Shown here piece after piece: positions 30,183 to 38,178 of a stretch of DNA of 42,629 bases. The stretch comes from Bdellovibrionota bacterium (GTDB lineage Bacteria; Bdellovibrionota_C; UBA2361; CALJRW01). The notes beneath the pieces were generated by a model. That model was not told the DNA's origin. It did no database searches and saw only the letters and a program-made list of their open reading frames with translations. Numbering within the stretch: position 1 is the stretch's first letter; every line of letters starts with the position of its first letter. The position numbers and the translations under genes were made by a program. The DNA lies in the NCBI GenBank assembly GCA_041740355.1, contig JBGSMD010000010.1, positions 1 through 42,629 of the forward strand. The letters are read 5' to 3'.

Positions 30183-30416
30183 TTAAGGCTTATTTCTCTA
30201 ATGTAAGTATTAATTTGATAAATTTAAAATGAATAGTTATTGCGGCAATTAGCTTTGTCTTTCCTATATCAATTGATCCATCGCATACTGGATTGATCTG
30301 AAGAAAATTTTACAATTATATCTTTTACTTGAAGCTGACACGGCAAATTGTATTTAAAACATCAGAAGTGCAGCCGCTTCTTCCTGTAATCAGTGTTCTC
30401 GCTTTTGACCAAAAAA

Positions 30417-31124
30417 TTATTCAATCCAAGATATTTCCTTGCTATTAAGATAGAGCAGGGCATTTTGCTCCCACTGCTTACCATAGAAAGTCTGATCGGC
30501 AATGCGGGTTCCGTAAAGGCTATCAATGCTCTGTTTTTCTAAATGGAGAGTCTGTAATTTTTCCAATTGCTCGTTGTTGAGTAAATATAAAAGACGATTT
30601 TCAGATAGTTTCAATTTTGTTAAAAGTTTCTCCGCCCGATATTGCTCATCCTCATACAAATATCTTTGAGCTGCCGTAGATCCATAATCAGTCCGAATTG
30701 ATGGAAGGAATTTAAATGCATAATTAGCAGTTGCAAACCAATCTGTTATAAAATGGCCTGATTGTTTAGGGAAATCCTCAATCTCATGTTTGACTGAGCT
30801 CAGTACTGAAGGCTTAGGGTATTTACCGAAATTCAAATTACTTCTAGCTTCACTTCCCTTGATTTCAAGTGAATAAATAAGTCTCTTAACTTGCACTAAG
30901 GTTTGAAATGGATCTTTTTTTGCATCTTTTTCAATAATTGCACTGAGCAGTAACTCCCTTCTCTCAACTTCTTTGACACAGTTTTCTTGCATCTCATCTC
31001 TAATATGGTCTAATTTAATTTTCCATCCTACGGGGAATGCAATTGATCCGAGAGTAGTAGCTACAACCGCGACCCTTGTAGCTTTATGATCTATAATCTT
31101 TTTTAAACAAATGCCTAAATTCAT
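30417..31124 (-). CDS. Hypothetical protein with N-terminal hydrophobic anchor
   Basis: 235-aa ORF filling the gap, with no recognisable motif. Confidence 0.6.
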   Translation of the reverse strand: MNLGICLKKIIDHKATRVAVVATTLGSIAFPVGWKIKLDHIRDEMQENCVKEVERRELLLSAIIEKDAKKDPFQTLVQVKRLIYSLEIKGSEARSNLNFGKYPKPSVLSSVKHEIEDFPKQSGHFITDWFATANYAFKFLPSIRTDYGSTAAQRYLYEDEQYRAEKLLTKLKLSENRLLYLLNNEQLEKLQTLHLEKQSIDSLYGTRIADQTFYGKQWEQNALLYLNSKEISWIE

Positions 31125-31312
31125 CCAAGTCTAAGTATTAGTTGAGTTTGCTTGAAGCTATCCTAGAAATAATGCTTATGCAAATAATTAAGATCTGATC
31201 TGGGAGTTTAGGCAGGATAGTTAGTGAGAAGTTTATATTGAAGGATTATCTTTAGAAGACAAGCCTTATTTTTGATAGTCATATTTCAAGACAGTCACTT
31301 TTTATTTTAAAA

Positions 31313-32194
31313 TTATTTTCCTTCCAGATAAGAAGCATAGCTAAGATTAATAAACTGATAATTATTGTTTATTAGTTTTAGTGGAACAATCTTTTGATTT
31401 CCCAAAATCATTTGAGATAACTCTTTACCTAGTAACAACTGAATAATAAATTTTGGAATTCCTAGTAGACATGGGCGATGCAAATGTTTTGCAAGGGTCT
31501 GGCAGAATGATTTATTAGTAATTAATTCTGGAGCAACAGCATTTACTGGTCCATTAATATTAGGATTTTCTAAACAAAAATTAATAATTTGAACTAAATC
31601 ATCAAGTCCAATCCAAGCAAGGTTTTGCTTGCCATTTCCGAGCCAAGCTCCTAGTCCTAGTTTAAATGGCAAAAGCATTTGCTTTAACATTCCACCGCTT
31701 GGGTCAATCACCACTCCAATTCTTAGGTTAACAACACGAATACCTGCAGTAACTAATGGTTGACAGGTCGATTCCCAATCTTTGCAAACATTTGCTAAGA
31801 AATCATTGGCTAGGGGTCCATCTTCATTAACAGGAATATTAACATCTTGCCCATAGATTCCAACAGCAGAGGCGCAGATAAAAACTTTTGGTGGATTCTG
31901 TAACTTTAAGATTTGCTCGACTAATAACTTCGTCCCAGCAATTCGACTCTGATAGATCTTTTCTTTTTTCTTTTTAGTCCAAAGACCAAGGATGCTTTCG
32001 CCGGCCAGGTGGATTATGGAATCAAAGTTTTCAAGATCATTTGAATCCAATTTTTGATTAGTAATATCCCAGATAATTGTATCTTTAGATTTTTGTCGAC
32101 TTAGCTTTACTACTTGATGGTCTTTGCTCACCAAATCTTTGGTTAATTTTTGTCCAACAAATCCTGTTGCTCCTGAAATTAAGATTCTAGACAT
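31313..32194 (-). CDS. TIGR01777 family NAD(P)-binding oxidoreductase (YfcH-like)
   Basis: GATGFVG, HLAGESI, SRIAGT, ASAVGIYG, FLANVCKDWE, LRIGVV, GKQNLAWI, GPVNAVAP. Confidence 0.92.
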   Translation of the reverse strand: MSRILISGATGFVGQKLTKDLVSKDHQVVKLSRQKSKDTIIWDITNQKLDSNDLENFDSIIHLAGESILGLWTKKKKEKIYQSRIAGTKLLVEQILKLQNPPKVFICASAVGIYGQDVNIPVNEDGPLANDFLANVCKDWESTCQPLVTAGIRVVNLRIGVVIDPSGGMLKQMLLPFKLGLGAWLGNGKQNLAWIGLDDLVQIINFCLENPNINGPVNAVAPELITNKSFCQTLAKHLHRPCLLGIPKFIIQLLLGKELSQMILGNQKIVPLKLINNNYQFINLSYASYLEGK

Positions 32195-32343
32195 TAACCT
32201 GCATTATTTATCAGTGCACGCAGCCAGTAGTGCTCTGCCGATGACACACTGTCATCTTAAAAAATTTCCATATCCTACGTAAGTCATCGGGATATGGATG
32301 AAATTTTATTTCATCCATATCACTGATGAATTATGCAGGTTAA
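32194..32343. mobile_element. 142-bp MITE (32198-32339) with terminal inverted repeats and TTAA target duplication, IS1380-like ends
   Basis: TTAA-CCTGCATTATTTATCAGTG ... CACTGATGAATTATGCAGG-TTAA (17/19 match inside the TTAAs). Internal 14-bp perfect hairpin at 32291-32321. The element fills the whole intergenic space. Confidence 0.8.
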
Positions 32344-32768
32344 GCCATAACTTCTTTAGCTAAGGTACTAGCATCTTTGCCATCGTATTGTCCGGCAAAG
32401 TTATCTTTTAAATATGACATTGCTTGTCCCATATTAGCTGCCGCATGATCAGCTTTAAATTTTTGTAATAAAACTTTTAGCTCTTCCGCGCTCATTTGCT
32501 TTGGTAAATATGATTCAATTACGCGAAGTTCTTCTAACGAAATGGCCACTTCCTCTTGGCGATTTTCTTTTTCTAGGTATTCTAAACTTTCTTTTCGTTT
32601 TTTTACTTCATTTTTAAAGATTGCAATCAATTGCTCTTCTTTTAGTTCAGTGCCTTTTTGCATTTCTTCGTATTGAATGGCAGAGATTAAAGCACGAATT
32701 GTATTTAGTTTAACTTTTTCTTTTGCCCGCATGGCATCTTTCATATCAGCTTGAAGTTTTGCTTTCAT
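32340..32768 (-). CDS. yqeY: GatB/YqeY domain protein
   Basis: LQADMKDAMRAKEK, VKKRKES, YLPKQMS, MGQAM, DGK. Confidence 0.93.
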   Translation of the reverse strand: MKAKLQADMKDAMRAKEKVKLNTIRALISAIQYEEMQKGTELKEEQLIAIFKNEVKKRKESLEYLEKENRQEEVAISLEELRVIESYLPKQMSAEELKVLLQKFKADHAAANMGQAMSYLKDNFAGQYDGKDASTLAKEVMA

Positions 32769-32802
32769 TGGATTTTATCTGAAAATTAAAATTTATTAAT
32801 AG

Positions 32803-33225
32803 TTAGGCAACCACGCTAGTTGTTTTGCTTTGAGTCTGAACAAACTTTTCTAATTTTTTAGTTGTTTCGATACTAATTAAATGTTCTGTTTTACAAGCAT
32901 CAATCTCCGCTTGCTCGGGAGTAACCTTTAAAACTTCAGTTAAAAAGTCCAATAAAACTTTTTTTCTACGGATCACTAATTTAGCTAAGCTCTCACCTTC
33001 TTCGGAAAGATGAAGAAAGCGGTTTTCATCTTCGATGATTAAGTTTTTATTTTTTAAACTTTTTAGATTAGTAGAAGCACTTCCGGAGGTGATGTGTAAG
33101 TGTCTTGCTACATCGATCACTCGAGCATAACCATGTTGCTCTTTTAGTTCTAGAACCGCCATTAGATGATGAGCTGCACTGTGCGTAATGTCATTGCCTT
33201 CAAAGGTTTTCCAAGTCTCTTCCAT
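32803..33225 (-). CDS. DtxR/MntR family metal-dependent transcriptional repressor
   Basis: GYARVIDVARHL winged HTH, FLTEVLKV, AEIDACKTEHLIS. The ATG at 33225 is preferred to 33252. Confidence 0.9.
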   Translation of the reverse strand: MEETWKTFEGNDITHSAAHHLMAVLELKEQHGYARVIDVARHLHITSGSASTNLKSLKNKNLIIEDENRFLHLSEEGESLAKLVIRRKKVLLDFLTEVLKVTPEQAEIDACKTEHLISIETTKKLEKFVQTQSKTTSVVA

Positions 33226-33325
33226 GTTCTTGTTCCAATAAATTAGGAGCATTGTGATGCTCCTATAAAATTCTTTAACTCAGCATGCTTACCGCTGACT
33301 TATGTAGGTTAAGGATAGAAAAATA

Positions 33326-33344
33326 GTTTTATGGCAGACTAAAC
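33326..33344. promoter_or_regulatory. Candidate DtxR/MntR-type operator (autoregulation)
   Basis: Imperfect palindrome, GTTTAGTCTGCCATAAAAC on the minus strand (TTTAG-N7-CTAAA-like), about 100 nt upstream of the regulator. Confidence 0.4.
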
Positions 33345-33532
33345 AAGTGTTAAGCCTGATAATTAGTTGTTTATATGATAAAACGATTCGTTTAGTTAGT
33401 AAAGGAATGATCTAAATTGTTATAGTAAATTTAAGATGTTAAAGACATATTTAATGATTAATTAAGATCGAGTTGAATCTTTCAAGCTTAAACTCGATTC
33501 TAATAATTTGACCTAAAAAAGTTTCCTCTCTT

Positions 33533-34564
33533 ATGCCTAGCCCTGTGTCACATAACTCAAAATTAAACTACTTAGCTGATCGCTTGATTACAAGCTCTGA
33601 ACTTCGCACGGAGCTGATGTCGAAGTTGGCCGATCTAGCAGATCTTGAATTTCAAAATCGGGTAGAAAAATTTAAAGCAGGGCTCACTCCGCAAGATCAA
33701 GCAATTTTTGAAACTTGTCAGGTTACTCCTTATGCAGCTAAGGATTGGTGGAGAAATCCACATGATATTTACGTAGTGCAAAGCTTGCAGATTATTGTGG
33801 AGGAAGAGCGACTACCGGCATGGCTTGTAACTGCAGCCATCTTACATGATCGTGGGTATGGAATTTTAGCTAGCCAAAGTGGAGAGGAATCCCAGAAGTA
33901 TCTGCAAAAGAGTGGAGCACATTGGGAAAGTCCAGATACAAGAATCGTACATTCCTTATTATCTAGAAAATTTTCAGAAGAATTAATCTTTGCTCCAACC
34001 GGAAAGTTTTTTGAAGGGCGAGCAGCTATTTCAGAACCAGAACTATTTCTAAAAGTAATTGAAACTCACGATCATCCCTTGATTGGAAAATTTAATGAAC
34101 TTCCCAAAATCGGGCGGCATCACTTTGATGCTGATAGCTTATTCTCTATTAGTTTGTACAGTTTTGTAAAAGATTATTTATCGTATTTGGGAGATCCTAA
34201 AAAACTTGAAAAAGCTAAGGATCTGCTTGACTTAAAAGATGGTCGATTTGAGGCAAAGGATTTACTCGTCTCGCGGCTAGCTAGGTATTATCCTAACACC
34301 GAAATTTTGCCCAATGCTTGGGATTTAGAAATGTTTCCACTTATTGCAAAACTTGCTGCTTTTAGCGAAGCAGGTAAGTGCTTGCCACCAAGCAGCATTA
34401 CTGCCCAAGCCTTAACCGATGAGTCATTTAGGGATCTTGCTGAGTGTTGCCAAGTTTTAGCCAAGAGTAATGATTTGCCGATATTTATTAACTGGTTAGC
34501 TGATCGGGCGACAACTCAATTCTCCAAAGTCCAAAGCTTGCTAGATAGTAAACGTCTAAATTAG
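33533..34564 (+). CDS. HD-superfamily-like hypothetical protein
   Basis: H...AAILHDRGY...H...ETHD...DADSL metal-binding pattern. Confidence 0.65.
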   Translation: MPSPVSHNSKLNYLADRLITSSELRTELMSKLADLADLEFQNRVEKFKAGLTPQDQAIFETCQVTPYAAKDWWRNPHDIYVVQSLQIIVEEERLPAWLVTAAILHDRGYGILASQSGEESQKYLQKSGAHWESPDTRIVHSLLSRKFSEELIFAPTGKFFEGRAAISEPELFLKVIETHDHPLIGKFNELPKIGRHHFDADSLFSISLYSFVKDYLSYLGDPKKLEKAKDLLDLKDGRFEAKDLLVSRLARYYPNTEILPNAWDLEMFPLIAKLAAFSEAGKCLPPSSITAQALTDESFRDLAECCQVLAKSNDLPIFINWLADRATTQFSKVQSLLDSKRLN

Positions 34565-34641
34565 AACTTAAGTTTGTCGTAACAATAGCCGAATTTAGAT
34601 TGAAATTTTAAAAATACAATTGCCGACTGAGGGAGTCCTTT

Positions 34642-35070
34642 ATGGAGACAGCTAGACAATCAGAGATACAAGTTAAATCACCAGAGAATAATAATGCCCA
34701 GGCAGTTTTTGCGGAAATAAAAACTGAGCCTGATTTAAGGGTTCTAAATGGCGCCAAGGTATTATTAGTGGACACTCCATTAACATTTGAACGGGATAAG
34801 GCAATGCCAACAGGGGAGATCTCTAGGGTCGCTGAGAATATCAGAGAAGCAAGCGTTACTGCATTTGCTAGGCATTTTCGTTTATCGGAGACTGATATTT
34901 CTAGAAGGATTGATATTAGTCTTGTTGCCGATGACATGTCAGTTAATACTCCTGTCTATTCATTAAAGTCTGGTAATGCTGAATTTTCACCCAAGGCTTG
35001 GGATAGATTAGTTTCCAAAACTACTGAAGATAAAGTGGAGTTAAAAGTTTTCCTAATTCTAAATCCGTAA
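34642..35070 (+). CDS. Hypothetical protein
   Basis: 142-aa ORF preceded by GGGAG (SD-like), on the same strand as its neighbours. Confidence 0.6.
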   Translation: METARQSEIQVKSPENNNAQAVFAEIKTEPDLRVLNGAKVLLVDTPLTFERDKAMPTGEISRVAENIREASVTAFARHFRLSETDISRRIDISLVADDMSVNTPVYSLKSGNAEFSPKAWDRLVSKTTEDKVELKVFLILNP

Positions 35071-35193
35071 CACTCAAATCTTATTTTTTTAGTAAGCGTT
35101 TCGCTACTCCATATAAAGAAAGTTCAATTAATCTTTCAGGGGCAATTTTCAATTCAAATCATTATTAACGGCTACATTTATTATTACATTAAT

Positions 35194-35262
35194 TCCAAAA
35201 AGTAAGTTCCGTTTAGAATTACTTTTTGGGGCTTAGTATCCCTCGGAGGGATAATAAAATCA
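35194..35262. repeat. Double-hairpin dispersed repeat, copy 2
   Basis: CCAAAAAGTAA...TTACTTTTTGG and TATCCCT-CGG-AGGGATA hairpins. Aligns with 17025-17080. Confidence 0.7.
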
Positions 35263-35719
35263 GATAGTTATCACAAAACTCAACACTAATTTTAAATATT
35301 CGGAAATTACTTTTTGTCATAAATATATTTTCTCAGAGATCATTTTTTGTTTTGCACGGCATAGGATTTAGCTGCGCCAGCAAACTGTCTTAAGTTTGGA
35401 CAAATGGTAAGTGTTGGCGGCGTGCTGATGTGATTTTGGATCAAAATTAAATACACTTAATTGTTAAGGCTTATTGGATCGAAAACTATTTGAGTTCGTG
35501 AGAGTCTTTATGAGGTGGAGACAGCTATGTTTGTTTGTCATGTGGAGATAAGATTTGCGATCTAAAAACTTAAGTAAATTTGAAGTGTCCTGAAACTGCC
35601 CTAAGTAAGTTTTGTCCAGATAAAGATTCATTCACTGCTTATTTAGTTATGAATTTTTTGTCGTACTCAGGTCTATAATTGTTTTGGACAAGCTGTTTAG
35701 CTTTTCCTTTAGATAGTAT

Positions 35720-36523
35720 ATGCTACGCACCATGACTCGCCTCCTAAGCATTATCTTATTGATATTATTAGTAAATCCTCTATATGTTTGGGGCCTGGAT
35801 AAGCCTGAAACTGAGCTGACACTAATAACACCACTAGATAAATTAGGTGAGAATCTTGATTTAAGTCATAGTTTTCAAAATCCTGCTGGAGAAACTGTTA
35901 AATTAAGCAGTTTTTTTAAGGAAAATCGACCAGTTATCTTAGTGCCAGGCTACTTTACCTGTCCCCACCTGTGTGGATTGGTATTTAATGGCATAGTGGA
36001 GCTTGTAAATCGCTTAGATTTTAAATTAGGCATTGATTATCAGATAGTTACAGTTAGTTTTGACCACACAGATACTCCCGCTAACGCCCTCGCCAAGAAG
36101 GAAGAATTTGTAAAATTATTAAAAAACCAGGACGTTCCCAAGGATTCTTGGGAATTCTTAGTTGGCAAAGAAGAGCAAATTGCACCACTAATGGCTCAGT
36201 TAGGCTTTCGCTATTTAAATGACGGTAAAGACTTTGCCCACTCTGCTGCTGTTTATGTAGTCACACCTGAGGGAGCTATCTCTCAATATTTTGCCAACAT
36301 CAAATTTAAACCTTTTGATTTAAAATTATCTCTAGTTGAAGCTTCGAAAGGGCACGTGGGAAGTCTGATTGATCAAGCATTACTCTTTTGTTTTCGCTTT
36401 GATCACACCAAAGGACAATACACTTGGCTTGTTGATCGAAGTTTAAAATTTGGAGGAATTCTCGTGATTTTACTATTAGGTGGATTGTTGTTAAAATTAT
36501 GGGTTCTAGATCAGAGAAAATAA
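35720..36523 (+). CDS. SCO1/SenC family copper chaperone
   Basis: YFTCPHLC (CxxxC), FAHSAA, C-terminal TM helix, upstream of the cox operon. Confidence 0.9.
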   Translation: MLRTMTRLLSIILLILLVNPLYVWGLDKPETELTLITPLDKLGENLDLSHSFQNPAGETVKLSSFFKENRPVILVPGYFTCPHLCGLVFNGIVELVNRLDFKLGIDYQIVTVSFDHTDTPANALAKKEEFVKLLKNQDVPKDSWEFLVGKEEQIAPLMAQLGFRYLNDGKDFAHSAAVYVVTPEGAISQYFANIKFKPFDLKLSLVEASKGHVGSLIDQALLFCFRFDHTKGQYTWLVDRSLKFGGILVILLLGGLLLKLWVLDQRK

Positions 36524-36611
36524 ACCAGTTTTTGAGTGGTTTCACTCATGACAATTTGTTTTGATTGTACTATGTATACTCAAACCTATAGGTTAGATTT
36601 AACGGCTATGT

Positions 36612-36666
36612 AAATGCTTCCTCCTAAGCTAAAGCTAGGCGGACGAAAAATGCTTCGGCGGACAAG
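36612..36666 (+). repeat. Compound REP-like repeat
   Basis: CCTCCTAAGCTAAAGCTAGGCGGACGAA followed by AAATGCTTCGGCGGACAAG. AAATGCTTC is duplicated at 36612-36620 and 36648-36656. Confidence 0.7.
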
Positions 36667-36740
36667 GATCGCATTTTCTAATTTTAGGGATTGAGTATTT
36701 GTTTTTTCGGCAAAAAATGGCAACGCCATTATTTTGCGCG

Positions 36741-36786
36741 CCTAGCTTGACCTTCAGCTTTATTAAAAACTGAAGGTCAAGCTAGG
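36741..36786. repeat. Perfect 17-bp inverted repeat in the cox operon leader
   Basis: CCTAGCTTGACCTTCAG-N12-CTGAAGGTCAAGCTAGG. Confidence 0.9.
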
Positions 36787-36898
36787 TGTAATAACACCAT
36801 TGTTGTTGATCGTTCGCCTTCACACATTGTTACTACCGTGGATCCAGAATCCGTGTTTTTTGTGTACAGAGTGCACATATTTTTGACACTATATATTT

Positions 36899-38170
36899 AT
36901 GTTTAGATATTTACCCGAACAAGCTTCCAAGCACGCTGCTGATGTCGATTGGATTCATAATTTAATCACTGATTTATCGGTTCTTTTTACCGTGCTGATT
37001 GTTGGTGCAATGCTTTACTTTGCTTGGAAATACCGCAAGCGAAATGGTGTTGATCATGAAACTCCTCAAATTGAAGGTAGTCACACCTTGGAAATAATTT
37101 GGACAGTTGTTCCAACTATTATCTGTATCATCATCGCTTATTACGGGATTATTTATTATCACGATATTCGCAAAGTAGATCCTAATGCCATGACAATTAA
37201 CGTTACTGGTCAAAAATGGTTTTGGGAATTCGAATACGAAAATGGAAAGAAAACTACCAGCGAATTTGTCATTCCAGTTGATGAGCCAGTCAGACTACTA
37301 ATGCAATCTAAAGACGTGATGCACTCATTTTTTATTCCTTCAATGCGAGTAAAGCGAGATGTGATCCCAGGAAGTTATACTTATTTAACATTTACTCCGA
37401 TTAAAACTGGAAAGTATCAAGCATATTGTACTGAGTATTGTGGAGATAGCCATTATGCAATGTTAGCTAATCTGAAAGTAGTTTCCAGAGCTGAGTTTGA
37501 TGCTTGGGTAGAAGATAAAGGAAAGATTATTACAGATCCCGCCAAGCGTGGAGCACTAGTTTACAAAGCAAAAGGTTGTAACACTTGTCATTCACTTGAT
37601 GGTTCTCGAATCATTGGACCAACATTCTCTAAACTTTTTGGTTCGGAGCGAGAGTTTGCGGATGGAACAAAAGCTGTTGCAGACGAAGTCTACCTTCGTA
37701 ATTCAATTTACAATCCAAATTCTCAGATTGTTAAAACTTACAGTCCTGGCTTGATGCCTGTTTTTGAAGGCCAAATTAAAGAAGAAGAAATGCTAGATGT
37801 AATTGCTTACATTAAAACTCTAGATGGTTCTCAGCCTGTAGTAGAAGTAGAGGAAGAAGAAGTTGTGGTTGATCCTGCTAGCATGACTCCAGAACAGCGT
37901 GGTGAATTGTTGTACAAAAACAATGCTTGCATTGGTTGTCACTCACTTGATGGTTCAAAAGTTGTTGGGCCAAGTTTTCAAGGTTTATATGGAAGACAAG
38001 GTGAGTTTGAAGCTGGTGGTACATATACAGCTGATGAGGCTTATATCAAAGAGTCGATCCTAGAATCAAATAAAAATATAGTTAAGGGCTATGCACCTGC
38101 GATGCCGGCTTATCAGTTTAAAGATGAAGAGATTGCCGATATCACTGCGTATATTAAATCAATTAAATAA
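36899..38170 (+). CDS. coxB: Cytochrome c oxidase subunit II with two fused cytochrome c domains
   Basis: Two TM helices, LEIIWTVVP, CuA ligands DVMHSF and CTEYCGDSHYAM, haem motifs CNTCH and CIGCH. Confidence 0.96.
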   Translation: MFRYLPEQASKHAADVDWIHNLITDLSVLFTVLIVGAMLYFAWKYRKRNGVDHETPQIEGSHTLEIIWTVVPTIICIIIAYYGIIYYHDIRKVDPNAMTINVTGQKWFWEFEYENGKKTTSEFVIPVDEPVRLLMQSKDVMHSFFIPSMRVKRDVIPGSYTYLTFTPIKTGKYQAYCTEYCGDSHYAMLANLKVVSRAEFDAWVEDKGKIITDPAKRGALVYKAKGCNTCHSLDGSRIIGPTFSKLFGSEREFADGTKAVADEVYLRNSIYNPNSQIVKTYSPGLMPVFEGQIKEEEMLDVIAYIKTLDGSQPVVEVEEEEVVVDPASMTPEQRGELLYKNNACIGCHSLDGSKVVGPSFQGLYGRQGEFEAGGTYTADEAYIKESILESNKNIVKGYAPAMPAYQFKDEEIADITAYIKSIK

Positions 38171-38178
38171 AAGGTCTT

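Noticed and set aside
35357-35375. Sigma54-like GGCA...GC motif upstream of SCO
   Set aside because: The GG to GC spacing is 11 rather than the required 10.
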